Source: Bdellovibrionota bacterium (GTDB lineage Bacteria > Bdellovibrionota_C > UBA2361 > JBIKWN01). Taken from it: DNA of 25,069 nucleotides. The position numbers and the translations under genes are program-made. Below are positions 7,362-16,416 of this stretch, one piece after another (position 1 is the stretch's first letter; each line of letters starts with the position of its first letter). The notes beneath the pieces are model-generated. The model was not told the DNA's origin and made no database searches. It worked only from the letters and a program-made list of their open reading frames with translations. The stretch lies in assembly GCA_044356295.1 (NCBI GenBank), contig JBIKWN010000034.1, positions 1-25,069 on the forward strand, read 5' to 3'.

Positions 7362-8225
7362 ATGGGTATAACAATTGGTAGTAATATTGCGTCGTTGCAA
7401 GCACAACGACAATTAGGAATCGCAAACGAACAGTTAGGTTCGGTGTATCAACAACTTAGTTCTGGTCTTCGGATCAACAAAGCAAGTGATGATGCAGCGG
7501 GTCTAGCAATCGCTGACTCATTAAAAGCTAACCAACGTGTTGCAGCAGTTGCAGTACGAAACGCAAACGACGGTATTTCTACTGTTGCTATTGCGGATGG
7601 TGCTCTTAATGAAATTGGTAACGTATTAAGCCGACTAGCAGAACTTTCTGAACAGTCAGCAAACGGTACGTTCTCAACTCAGCAACGTTCTGCACTTCAA
7701 AACGAATTCTCAGCTCTTGGATCTGAGATTGAAAGAATCGCTATCACCACAACATTTAACGGAGTGAAACTGCTTTCAGGTGGAAACTCTATTACGTTGC
7801 AGGTTGGTTTTGATTCTCAGTCTACTTCACAAATCCAAATTACAAACGTACAAGGAACTCTTACTGCGCTTGGACTTGCAGGGGCCGGGGTGTCAGCTTT
7901 GACATACTCAATCTCTGGAACTTCAATCACAGATGGTCAGTCTGCTGCACGTCTTGCGCTTGACGCGGTGAACACTGCAATCAGTTCACTTGCTCAAACT
8001 CGAGGTACTTTAGGTGCTGCAGAATCAAGACTTCGTGTATCGATCAATAACTTGAACGTTGCACGTGAGAACTTTGCAGCTGCTGAAAGCCGCATCAGAG
8101 ACGTTGATGTAGCAAGCGCAGCCGCTGACTTGACTCGACTTGGAATCTTGCAACAGGCTGGTTCATCCATCCTTGCGCAAGCGAACCAACAGCCTCAGTT
8201 GGCTCTTTCTCTTCTACGAGGATAA
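7362..8225 (+). CDS. fliC: Flagellin (short, 287 aa)
   Basis: LSSGLRINKASDDAAGLAI, NANDGIS, RGTLGA, AAESRIRDVDVA, ILAQANQQPQLALSLL. ATG 7362 follows AGGAGG. Confidence 0.97.
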   Translation: MGITIGSNIASLQAQRQLGIANEQLGSVYQQLSSGLRINKASDDAAGLAIADSLKANQRVAAVAVRNANDGISTVAIADGALNEIGNVLSRLAELSEQSANGTFSTQQRSALQNEFSALGSEIERIAITTTFNGVKLLSGGNSITLQVGFDSQSTSQIQITNVQGTLTALGLAGAGVSALTYSISGTSITDGQSAARLALDAVNTAISSLAQTRGTLGAAESRLRVSINNLNVARENFAAAESRIRDVDVASAAADLTRLGILQQAGSSILAQANQQPQLALSLLRG

Positions 8226-8408
8226 GTGTAGAGAGACTTCGCTCTGGCAGGTTTACCTCTTAAAGCCAGAGCGAATTCTTCACACGATACTTCGTCGGAG
8301 CATGGAAGCGAACATTAAGTTCGTGTTGAAGATGGCATGGTTCGGACCAGTACGTCGCGATAAGAAAAGAGGGGGTTCTAAATTTAGTACCTCGCTACTT
8401 TCTCTTGG

Positions 8409-8447
8409 GGTCTGGAAGTGTAAAAACTTCCAGGCCTTTTTCTTTTT
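8409..8447 (+). terminator. Rho-independent terminator of the flagellin transcript
   Basis: GGTCTGGAAGT-GTAAAA-ACTTCCAGGCC followed by TTTTTCTTTTT. Confidence 0.85.
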
Positions 8448-8449
8448 GA

Positions 8450-9703
8450 TTATTTACTGAGCGAATCACTCAGTGAACGCAAAACCTTCCAGTTAAAATT
8501 TGCAACGGTAGTCACTAGAGATGATTGAAGATCTAAAACATCTGTAATCGATTCTTGGAATCCATCTATTTCAAGTAAAATAACTTTCCTAATAGCCGTT
8601 ACACTAGCATCGATGATTACTCCTAAAGGATTATTCTCAAATGAACGAGCAATCAAACCAAGTGTTTGATTTTTGAGTGCATGAGAGGCAGTAACAATCA
8701 ATCGACCTTCCGATTGATTCACACCCATATTTAATAGATTTCCTAATCCTATATCTGTGGATAGGACAATTTTGGCAAAATGACTAAATCCTTTTTTTCT
8801 TACCTGTTCATTCCATTCAGCAAGAATCGACCGTATCGATTTTTTGTGGATAGCAAGATTTGGTGCTAAAAGCACGATGCATTCAAAGTCTTTGAAGTCT
8901 TGATCAATAAGACTGTGTAATTGTTCGTTCAGTTTTTCAACTGTTTCAAAATTAATAAGAACACTCATCGCATAGCTAGAATCAAAAGCAAATTCTCGGT
9001 AACGTCTATGAATTCGAGACATTTCAGGTTCTGCATATGGCATACCTTCAACCTGGTCTGATGTTTTATTTTCAGGGGTCATCCGGTAGTACGAAAGTGT
9101 CTCTTCCATTCGATGAGAAAAAGGAAATGCTTGGGCTATGCGAAGCCATAGGTCATAATCCATACAAAAGTGTAATTCCGGATCAAAGATAAGATCGTCA
9201 GTACGTCGTACTAGTTCAAGAACTTCTTTTGTAAAGAATATGGAAGGTTGTGTAGGAATTGAATAGGGAACCCAATATTTCAATAAATCGAACCAGCTTC
9301 TTTCTTTATTAATAATCTTTGTTTTTGGAGTACCAAATTCGTCCGTAAGCTCGCAGGCTCCCATGATAATGGGGTAGTCTTTAAGATTATCGGCTACTTC
9401 ACCAAAAATATGTGGAGCATAAAAATCATCACTGTTGAGCCATCCAAAAATAGTTCCTGTTGCGATCGAGAATCCTTTATTGAGTGCATCAGCTTGACCC
9501 TCATCAGGTTCAGAGATCCAAGTAACATGAGGGTACTTTTCGAGGATTTGTAACGTCTCATCAGTTGAACCCCCATCAATGACAATATGCTCAAAATCAT
9601 CATATCCCTGATTCATAACGGACTGGATACATTGTTCAAGATATTTACCCTGATTAAACGAAGGGGTGATGATCGAAATTTTTGGTAAGACTGATAAACC
9701 CAT
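8450..9703 (-). CDS. Glycosyltransferase family 2 with a degenerate second GT2-like domain
   Basis: PKISIITPSFNQG, IDGGSTD, GWLNSDD, DYDLWLR. The C-terminal part (SLIDQDFKDFECIV, NMGVNQSEG) looks like a decayed GT-A fold. Confidence 0.92.
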   Translation of the reverse strand: MGLSVLPKISIITPSFNQGKYLEQCIQSVMNQGYDDFEHIVIDGGSTDETLQILEKYPHVTWISEPDEGQADALNKGFSIATGTIFGWLNSDDFYAPHIFGEVADNLKDYPIIMGACELTDEFGTPKTKIINKERSWFDLLKYWVPYSIPTQPSIFFTKEVLELVRRTDDLIFDPELHFCMDYDLWLRIAQAFPFSHRMEETLSYYRMTPENKTSDQVEGMPYAEPEMSRIHRRYREFAFDSSYAMSVLINFETVEKLNEQLHSLIDQDFKDFECIVLLAPNLAIHKKSIRSILAEWNEQVRKKGFSHFAKIVLSTDIGLGNLLNMGVNQSEGRLIVTASHALKNQTLGLIARSFENNPLGVIIDASVTAIRKVILLEIDGFQESITDVLDLQSSLVTTVANFNWKVLRSLSDSLSK

Positions 9704-9756
9704 ATGATATTTTAGAATCGCGCTGAGGAAATATAAAAGATAAGATTATTCCCTAT

Positions 9757-10827
9757 ATGCATTCTTTTGAACCTTTTAGTCAATTTATTCAGCGAGATAA
9801 TCCTTTAGTCAGTGTTGTCGTGCCTTGTTTCAATAAGGCAAGCTATCTTGCAGAAACGATACAGAGTATTGCAATTCAAAATTATCAACCAATTGAAGTG
9901 CTTATTGTTGATGATGGAAGTACTGATGATTCCTTAAAAGTCGCCCATTCGATGAAAGATCAGCATCCTGGTCTCAATCTTGTCATTTTTTCAAAACCAA
10001 ATACTGGTATCTCTGATACTAGGAACTATGCAATAGAAAGAGCTTCGGGAAGAGTGATCCTAAATTTAGATGGCGATGATTTGCTAAAACCTAACCTCAT
10101 CTCTGAATCAATTCGTGCAATGAGGACCACAGGCGTAAACCTAGTGACATCACCCGTTGAGATGTTTGGAGGTAAAAATGAAGTTTGGAGTCCTGTAAGA
10201 TATGATCCATTCTTTCATCGGTATGATAATTTAATTACAACACTTATTGTGTTTGATAAAAAAATCTGGGAACAAGTTGGAGGATATAGTAAAGCATTTG
10301 CATTCAATGAAGATTGGAGTTTTTCTTTAGCAGCTCAAAAATTTGGCCTCAAAGTAGCTCAATTTTCTGAACCTCTCTTTCGTTACCGCGTTACCGAGGA
10401 TGGTTTAGCGAATCAATACATAAAGGATTCTGGTGGTTTAAGCCGTGCAATGGTTGCTACAGCAAATCATGAACTTTATCCTGTAAGTGAATTATTAGTC
10501 GCCCATGATCTATTGAAAATTATACCAGCGAAATGGTTGAAACGTTTTGAGCAACAAGATATTCAGCACCCGCATGAATGGCTCTTAAAGTTTTGGCTTG
10601 GTTTAGCTGCTTTAAAAACAAAAGAGTTTCAACCCGCAGCTGAGTTTTTTACTAGGTCAATTGAACTCAGTAATGCAAAAGAATGGCAGCCTCTTTTTCA
10701 ATATGCTGAATTATTCGCTTCAGAGGGAAGGAAAAAAGAGGCGAAAATGATGTATCACGAGACAAGAATTGTATGTCCAAATTTACGACCATTGATTGAG
10801 GAAAGATTTCAATCCTTTAATCTTTAG
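9757..10827 (+). CDS. Glycosyltransferase family 2 with C-terminal TPR-like helices
   Basis: PLVSVVVPCFN, VDDGSTD, LDGDD, EDWSF, then a helical TPR-like tail. Confidence 0.92.
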   Translation: MHSFEPFSQFIQRDNPLVSVVVPCFNKASYLAETIQSIAIQNYQPIEVLIVDDGSTDDSLKVAHSMKDQHPGLNLVIFSKPNTGISDTRNYAIERASGRVILNLDGDDLLKPNLISESIRAMRTTGVNLVTSPVEMFGGKNEVWSPVRYDPFFHRYDNLITTLIVFDKKIWEQVGGYSKAFAFNEDWSFSLAAQKFGLKVAQFSEPLFRYRVTEDGLANQYIKDSGGLSRAMVATANHELYPVSELLVAHDLLKIIPAKWLKRFEQQDIQHPHEWLLKFWLGLAALKTKEFQPAAEFFTRSIELSNAKEWQPLFQYAELFASEGRKKEAKMMYHETRIVCPNLRPLIEERFQSFNL

Positions 10828-11485
10828 GTGTATAGGTATCTTTCATAATTGCTTGGCTTACGCACTGACCAAGTTTATCCATGACGTAACTTGTTGGAAA
10901 TTCTGCAGGCGTTCTCCGAAGTATCCCAAGATTTGCAACAGAATTTTTATATTCTTGTCGATTTGAAATAGCTGTTGATTTACCATAATAAATAGTTGTT
11001 CCAGACTCAACATCAATTGCTTTAGCAAATGCTGTCATTGTATCAGGTGATCTCATCGGTTCAATCCAAGAAACAATGACAATATCGTATCCGGCTTCTC
11101 GAGCATATCGAATAGCCCCAAAATTACCTGTAAAAAACTCATCTTTTTTACCTGGCCATTCTTGTCGATTGAGAACTTCAACAATTGGTAACTGACCATA
11201 ATTTAAAAGATCTTGTTGTATCCGCCATGCGAGCTGATTTCCTGCGCTTGGTTGCTCAATATAGAGGCTACTCATATTTGCAGGAGCAGTTCCTGGGACA
11301 ACCCCAATTCGAACTGGTGCATTTGGAGTGTAACGTTTCGAAATAAACTCCAAGATAGGTATTTGAGTATATGCATGTGATTGGCATGACTCTTGAAACT
11401 CTTTTCCAAAGCGGGTTTCAAAAAAAGTGCAGCCAGACGGCAGTAATGTCAAAAAGATGGCTAAACAAAGATTGATTCGCTTCAT
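10817..11485 (-). CDS. Putative lipoprotein, CsgG/FlgO/LpoB-like fold
   Basis: Lipobox-like LPSGC, plus AIRYAREAGYDIVIVS and AKAIDVESGTTIY, typical of this fold. Confidence 0.6.
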   Translation of the reverse strand: MKRINLCLAIFLTLLPSGCTFFETRFGKEFQESCQSHAYTQIPILEFISKRYTPNAPVRIGVVPGTAPANMSSLYIEQPSAGNQLAWRIQQDLLNYGQLPIVEVLNRQEWPGKKDEFFTGNFGAIRYAREAGYDIVIVSWIEPMRSPDTMTAFAKAIDVESGTTIYYGKSTAISNRQEYKNSVANLGILRRTPAEFPTSYVMDKLGQCVSQAIMKDTYTPKD

Positions 11486-11555
11486 GATTGGTGCTCGTAA
11501 TTATCTGTTTTTATTACGTTTAGAGGCTCCAATCAGTCTAAAGGATTAGAAAGAT

Positions 11556-12311
11556 ATGAAACACTCAACCTCGTACGTTCAACTACTATGCCAGATATTG
11601 ATGCTGATGTGCATGGCATTTTTTGCCGGCTGTAGCGGTCGTTACAATGAAGTTCCTGCCTACGTACCATCAATTTTTAGCGATGAAGATAATGATGGAG
11701 TAGGGCGCTTTAAAACTTCTTATCTCATCGGTCAAATTGATAATCTTTATAGAGGTAGTGATCCAGGACCTATCGGTGTCACCACATTAGTTAACCTCGA
11801 TGACCTGTACTCAACATCTAGTTTTGGGCGTATGTATGCAGAGCAGTTGATGAGCGAACTAGCAATGAAAGGCTATGATGTGGTTGAACTTCGCCACTCA
11901 GATGCCCTCCAGTTTATGAATAATGCAGGTGAGTTCGGTTTATCCCGCGATACTACCGCTGTTAAAGAGGCAAGAAATCTTGGAGGAATTCTTGTTGGTA
12001 CTTACTCTGCTTCTCCTTTAAGAGTGTATGTTAACGTAAGGCTCATTGATCCTAAATCTTCTATTGTTCTTTCTGCAGGATCTGTAGAGATGTCAAAGAC
12101 CAAAGAAATTGCACGCATGATCCGAGGTGGTTCGCTTGCAAATTCAATGGAGCGGATTCCTGTTAAGCATCTTGACTATACAACCTACCCGGCAATGATG
12201 ATGCCTAACTTCATGGGTAATCGTTATGAGCAAGAAGAGGTTGGGATGATTATGCCATCCATGAGAGGGCAAGCAACAAATCCGATTCAAATAGAACCAA
12301 AGTTGAAATAG
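11556..12311 (+). CDS. flgO: FlgO-family outer membrane lipoprotein
   Basis: Lipobox FAGC, IGVTTLVNLDDL..SSFGRMYAEQL, GEFGLSRD, ILVGTYS, VNVRLID. Confidence 0.8.
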   Translation: MKHSTSYVQLLCQILMLMCMAFFAGCSGRYNEVPAYVPSIFSDEDNDGVGRFKTSYLIGQIDNLYRGSDPGPIGVTTLVNLDDLYSTSSFGRMYAEQLMSELAMKGYDVVELRHSDALQFMNNAGEFGLSRDTTAVKEARNLGGILVGTYSASPLRVYVNVRLIDPKSSIVLSAGSVEMSKTKEIARMIRGGSLANSMERIPVKHLDYTTYPAMMMPNFMGNRYEQEEVGMIMPSMRGQATNPIQIEPKLK

Positions 12312-12321
12312 TACTCTTTAT

Positions 12322-12624
12322 TTAGTTATTGAGAGAAAAAGGAAGGTCCACAGGACCTTTCTGCTTTTCAGGAGATGGGATTTCCCGTTCTTGGATCCTT
12401 TCAGGATTTGGGTGGCAAAAATCTGCCTTTGCATTATTAGGATCGTCGCAATTTATAAAAACCCCACCAAATTCCTTAATTTCAAGTCCAACAAAGCCTA
12501 AGATCGGTCGAAATGGCCCACCCAGGACAAAAGCTAACAATAACAGCAATAACAATGATATCCCGACCCAACCAATGATTTGATTGAAGAGATCCCAATT
12601 TTTATTTTGTTGTTTTTTAACCAT
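12322..12624 (-). CDS. Small single-TM hypothetical protein
   Basis: ATG start, long hydrophobic helix, two Cys in the soluble part. Fills the gap between flanking genes. Confidence 0.65.
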   Translation of the reverse strand: MVKKQQNKNWDLFNQIIGWVGISLLLLLLLAFVLGGPFRPILGFVGLEIKEFGGVFINCDDPNNAKADFCHPNPERIQEREIPSPEKQKGPVDLPFSLNN

Positions 12625-12713
12625 TCTTATTTGTGTAGAGAATCGAACAAAGTAGCTATTCCGTCAAATGGATTTTCGTTGTACTGTTTTAACCTAGTTA
12701 AAGTTAAAACAAT

Positions 12714-13394
12714 ATGTCTGAAAACCTACTAAGTACCGACCATTTTTGGATAGGCTCTGTTCCTTATTTTAATCCTTACCTCATAGTTTTTCCTCAGGAA
12801 CAGGATTTTGAGCCAAGTGAGACTCTGATTGATTTTTTTGATTGCGATGGTGAGCCATTTAATTCTGCAAAAATTATTGTCGATACTCCTAAGGTTCAGT
12901 GTATTTCCTTAGAACCATTTTTGTCTGGTTGCAAAACTGAGTCAGGAATGAAGCACTGTCATCTACGATCTACCTCATCTCTTGGTACAGAAGTTTTTTG
13001 CAGATTACATTCACATTTACAGACTACACTTCTCGGGCACGCTCAGAGTTTAAATGAGACCTTACCAGGATTTTTCCCTTTGACGTTAGAGGAAGGGGTG
13101 ACAAATTTACTTGCCATAATGAATGTTGAGGAACAAGTGGCCTCATTAAAGCTTCGGCTTTATGTCGGTAATAGGAATCCTGAAATAACGGTTTCGATTG
13201 CTCCGAACGGAAGTGCGTTAGTACATCTTGAGAATGAATTTAAAGATGTTATCGAAGCGCTGGCCCAGAAAAGTACACGTCAGTCTAGTTATCAGGGATA
13301 TGTAAGAATTCTTGCAAAATCACCACTGGCTATACAGATGCTTACAAAAGAGGTTGGACCTCAAGAGCAACCGCAGTTCAGTGCATTGGGATAG
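12714..13394 (+). CDS. Hypothetical protein (beta-rich)
   Basis: 226-aa ORF, first of four closely spaced co-directional genes. Confidence 0.8.
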   Translation: MSENLLSTDHFWIGSVPYFNPYLIVFPQEQDFEPSETLIDFFDCDGEPFNSAKIIVDTPKVQCISLEPFLSGCKTESGMKHCHLRSTSSLGTEVFCRLHSHLQTTLLGHAQSLNETLPGFFPLTLEEGVTNLLAIMNVEEQVASLKLRLYVGNRNPEITVSIAPNGSALVHLENEFKDVIEALAQKSTRQSSYQGYVRILAKSPLAIQMLTKEVGPQEQPQFSALG

Positions 13395-13412
13395 AGGAGA
13401 TAGAGATTTTAC

Positions 13413-14099
13413 ATGTATACGGTTCGTTGGTTTGGATTTGGTGTATCGCAGGCATTGACGAAGTCAGTGCTACATTTCTTTCCAACGTCATCTAATGTTT
13501 CAGCTCCTTATCCGTTGCAATGTAAAATAGAAATTTTTTCTGAAAAATTTGGAAGAAAATCTCTCATCCTTGACGGCGCAAGATTACATCAACCAGACGG
13601 TATTAAATTAGAAGCTGCTTTTCCAGTTCTTGAAGACGGTGCACATCCAATTTTTGGTGTTACGATTGAACTATCGGCTCAAGCACAACGTGTCGATATT
13701 AGAGCGTCACAGGTGTATATGGAGGTGATTAACGCAGGGAGTCGTGTACGTTTTAGAATGAAACAATCAGAAAATATAGCAACTCGATCAAGTACACCGT
13801 TACTGTTTAAGGATGAGAATTGTTACACAAGTCTTGCTGTCGTCAATGGTAGTGTGGATCAAATAACGGTGGATGGTCTTTCTGATATACCGAAACCTAT
13901 TCCTGGTGAGTCAGTTGTAGAAGTTGAACCAAGCGATAACTTTTATGAAGGTGGTGTGAGCTTTGAAACCGACAGAACTACGTCGCTTTTTCGTGGAATC
14001 GCAGCTCATGCGTTTACGCACCCAGATAGGGCGCTGTTTGTTATTCAGCGAGACCAAGAATCTAAGAAAATTCAAAGTATTTATTCAGTAGGAGTCTAA
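13413..14099 (+). CDS. Hypothetical protein (beta-rich, possible distant paralog of the upstream gene)
   Basis: 228-aa ORF with GAGGA upstream. TSLAVVNGS resembles NLLAIMNVE of the upstream gene. Confidence 0.8.
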   Translation: MYTVRWFGFGVSQALTKSVLHFFPTSSNVSAPYPLQCKIEIFSEKFGRKSLILDGARLHQPDGIKLEAAFPVLEDGAHPIFGVTIELSAQAQRVDIRASQVYMEVINAGSRVRFRMKQSENIATRSSTPLLFKDENCYTSLAVVNGSVDQITVDGLSDIPKPIPGESVVEVEPSDNFYEGGVSFETDRTTSLFRGIAAHAFTHPDRALFVIQRDQESKKIQSIYSVGV

Positions 14100-14103
14100 G
14101 TAT

Positions 14104-14925
14104 ATGTCAGTACCATCAATACTTTTTTGCCCTCCAACATATCAGCATAATGTTGAAGTGAGCCTTCTTGCACTGCTTGGACGGTTTTTAAATCAGCATG
14201 CCATAGTCAAACAACTTCGTTGTAATGGAGTCATGCTTCATTGCGATCGAGATGTCACAACTTCATTTCATCGAAGTTTTGAAAGTTGCTTACAGTGTAT
14301 GTCAGAAACAACTTTTTTCTCACAGTGGTCAGGCGCATTGCTTGAACAATTATCTAAATATATTCCTTCCTCTGATATTGAGCGAACAAAACGTTGGATG
14401 ACAACATTGGAAACTGCTGACTTGGAACATGCCGTATTTGACGGTATTTCACCTTTTGATTGGTGTATAGAACTTTTTCAAAAACGATTTCAACAACGTC
14501 AGTTTAACCCTGAAAATAAGCAACACGAAGTATTTATGCGCCGCTATATGTTGTCGGTCATTCGAACACGACTTGGGGTGCGTCGTTTTTTATTTTCGCA
14601 TAAACCAGAAACTATTTTCGTTATTGATACTCAAGAAATTTTTTCTCGTGCTGTTATTGAAAGCGCACAAGATATTGGATTGAATCTTATAAAAATTAAA
14701 ATGAACAGGGATGAGCGCTCCATACAAGTTGAGTGTTGGGAATCAAGAGAGACATTAATGATAGATGTTCTTATACAAGATTTTTCTCAGGTTCGTACTG
14801 ATATCGAAAAATGGCCTGAAGAGCTTAAAGATCAGTTGCGATCGTTAGCTGTATTTTCGGGAATGAAGTTGCCTAATATGCAACATACTATACATGCTGG
14901 TGGAAGAGTTGTTCATGGAAGATAG
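14104..14925 (+). CDS. Hypothetical protein with 4-Cys motif, resembling the N-lobe of capsule-biosynthesis/GT-B proteins
   Basis: C-x6-C-x14-CxxC near the N-terminus and a PETIFVI...RAVIESAQDIGL segment. Function uncertain. Confidence 0.6.
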   Translation: MSVPSILFCPPTYQHNVEVSLLALLGRFLNQHAIVKQLRCNGVMLHCDRDVTTSFHRSFESCLQCMSETTFFSQWSGALLEQLSKYIPSSDIERTKRWMTTLETADLEHAVFDGISPFDWCIELFQKRFQQRQFNPENKQHEVFMRRYMLSVIRTRLGVRRFLFSHKPETIFVIDTQEIFSRAVIESAQDIGLNLIKIKMNRDERSIQVECWESRETLMIDVLIQDFSQVRTDIEKWPEELKDQLRSLAVFSGMKLPNMQHTIHAGGRVVHGR

Positions 14926-15484
14926 TTCTGTTCCCTCAAAAGAGATTCTTCCAAATACAGATCAGTGGATCTGGGGAAGAGAAGTATTAATCTGGGGACA
15001 TGATCTGTCACATCAATATACTTGCAAAGTTCTGCGTCCAAAGGTTGGAAGACTGGGAATGTTAAGCCTTCAGTATCATCATGAAAAAAGTGAAAGTTGG
15101 ATTCAGTTGTCTGGTAAAAGCTGGGCACTTGTTATTTCTAATGGCAAAGTTTGTACCCGAATTCTAAATCCCGGTGATGTGCAAAATATTGAGTTAGGAA
15201 TGATTCACCGATTAATGGGATTAACAGAAGATTGTCAAATTCTTGAACCGTCAACTCCGGATAGACATGCTGCTGATAAGTCCGTCCCTAAGGATGTTGT
15301 CCGCCTTCATTGTGTCTTAGGTAGAGACGTTTCGAATGCTCGTAACGATTCTGAAGCCAGGCTCGTTGATGAAGCAATTAGAATTTCACATGAAGCGTTG
15401 AATGCAATTGATGCTGGTGGAATACCAGAAGAAATCAATGTATCTGAACTATTGGGGAAGACCGGATTCCGATTGGCCCTTTAG
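14915..15484 (+). CDS. Cupin-domain protein (type II mannose-6-phosphate isomerase-like)
   Basis: WGRE, LSLQYHHEKSESW, GMIHRL, ILEPSTP motifs. ATG 14915 overlaps the upstream gene end. Confidence 0.8.
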   Translation: MEDSSVPSKEILPNTDQWIWGREVLIWGHDLSHQYTCKVLRPKVGRLGMLSLQYHHEKSESWIQLSGKSWALVISNGKVCTRILNPGDVQNIELGMIHRLMGLTEDCQILEPSTPDRHAADKSVPKDVVRLHCVLGRDVSNARNDSEARLVDEAIRISHEALNAIDAGGIPEEINVSELLGKTGFRLAL

Positions 15485-16076
15485 CAGTACAGCTATCTCG
15501 GACTGGACATTTCATGCATTTGTTTGGATGAGGCGTTGCTTTTATTGGATGATTTTCCTCAAGAAAATTGCGCATATCTTTTAAAATACCACTAAGCCAA
15601 AGTTGTTTTTCTTCTGTATTCTCAATTTTGATGCGCTTTGACTGTTTGCCAAGAATTAAATATCCATACGGTGGACGTTTTCCTTCATGGGCTTCAATGA
15701 GCCTCATGTAGACGAGTAGTTGGGCAATTTGTCTTTCATGAATTTTTTTCTGTAATGGTTTTTGTTCTACTGGAATGAAAAAACCATTTTCTTCGATTAC
15801 GGCATCTGGTCGTCCGGCGATTCCTAATTCATCGTTTATATATTCTTTTGTTTTAACGGAACGCCCACCATCGACACCAATTGTTCGCGCACGTTTAGCA
15901 ATACCTGCATTTTTTTTTAGTTTGGTAATCGAGAGCAGTACACCATCAACAACAATTACAGTAATAGAAAGTAAAATTACAAAAATAATACTGTCTGTAT
16001 CAAGCTTAGCAAGATCTTGAAATAGAAATTTTATGGACTGAAAAAAATGATGAAGTTCATCCTTTAGTAGGTACAT
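15435..16076 (-). CDS. Cas4-like PD-(D/E)xK nuclease, N-terminal TM, lacking the first Fe-S cysteine
   Basis: GIAGRPDAV, IPVEQK, QLLVY, YGYL and C-terminal KCMKCPVRDSC. TM SIIFVILLSITVIVVDGVLLSI. Confidence 0.88.
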   Translation of the reverse strand: MYLLKDELHHFFQSIKFLFQDLAKLDTDSIIFVILLSITVIVVDGVLLSITKLKKNAGIAKRARTIGVDGGRSVKTKEYINDELGIAGRPDAVIEENGFFIPVEQKPLQKKIHERQIAQLLVYMRLIEAHEGKRPPYGYLILGKQSKRIKIENTEEKQLWLSGILKDMRNFLEENHPIKATPHPNKCMKCPVRDSCTAKGPIGIRSSPIVQIH

Positions 16077-16330
16077 ACGATTACTACCGTTGTAATAAGA
16101 AGAGCAACTAAAAATCGCAACCCTTCTCCAAGATGTGCAGCTTGATCAAGGTTTGATGACCATTCGTGGTGAAGCGTTTTTCCTGTTTTTCGATCTGAGG
16201 ATTCTTTAGCAGTTATGGATTCTTTCGAATTAGTTTGGTGGCGCAGTCTCCAACTTTCTTGGCAGTATACAAATTGACCAACTTCTCCAGCGGAGATTAT
16301 AAATTTTCCAGTGTTATTTCTTCTTGCCAT
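16064..16330 (-). CDS. Small protein carrying the Cas4 N-terminal segment, with C-terminal TM
   Basis: IISAGEVGQFVYCQESWRL corresponds to the Cas4 'isas.v..y.YCpR..w' segment and GKTLH to 'G..lH'. Hydrophobic C-terminus. GGAG SD before ATG 16330. Confidence 0.8.
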   Translation of the reverse strand: MARRNNTGKFIISAGEVGQFVYCQESWRLRHQTNSKESITAKESSDRKTGKTLHHEWSSNLDQAAHLGEGLRFLVALLITTVVIVCTY

Positions 16331-16416
16331 CAATTACTCCTGTAGCTTCCACACATGTTATTTGAGTAAACGACAAAAAGTGACTGAAAATGTAGCACTT
16401 TTTCTTATATTTTTTA

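Noticed and set aside
8140..8460. 106-aa ORF overlapping the flagellin 3' end
   Set aside because: Non-ATG start inside fliC, runs through a terminator, and has no motifs; structured UTR is the better explanation.
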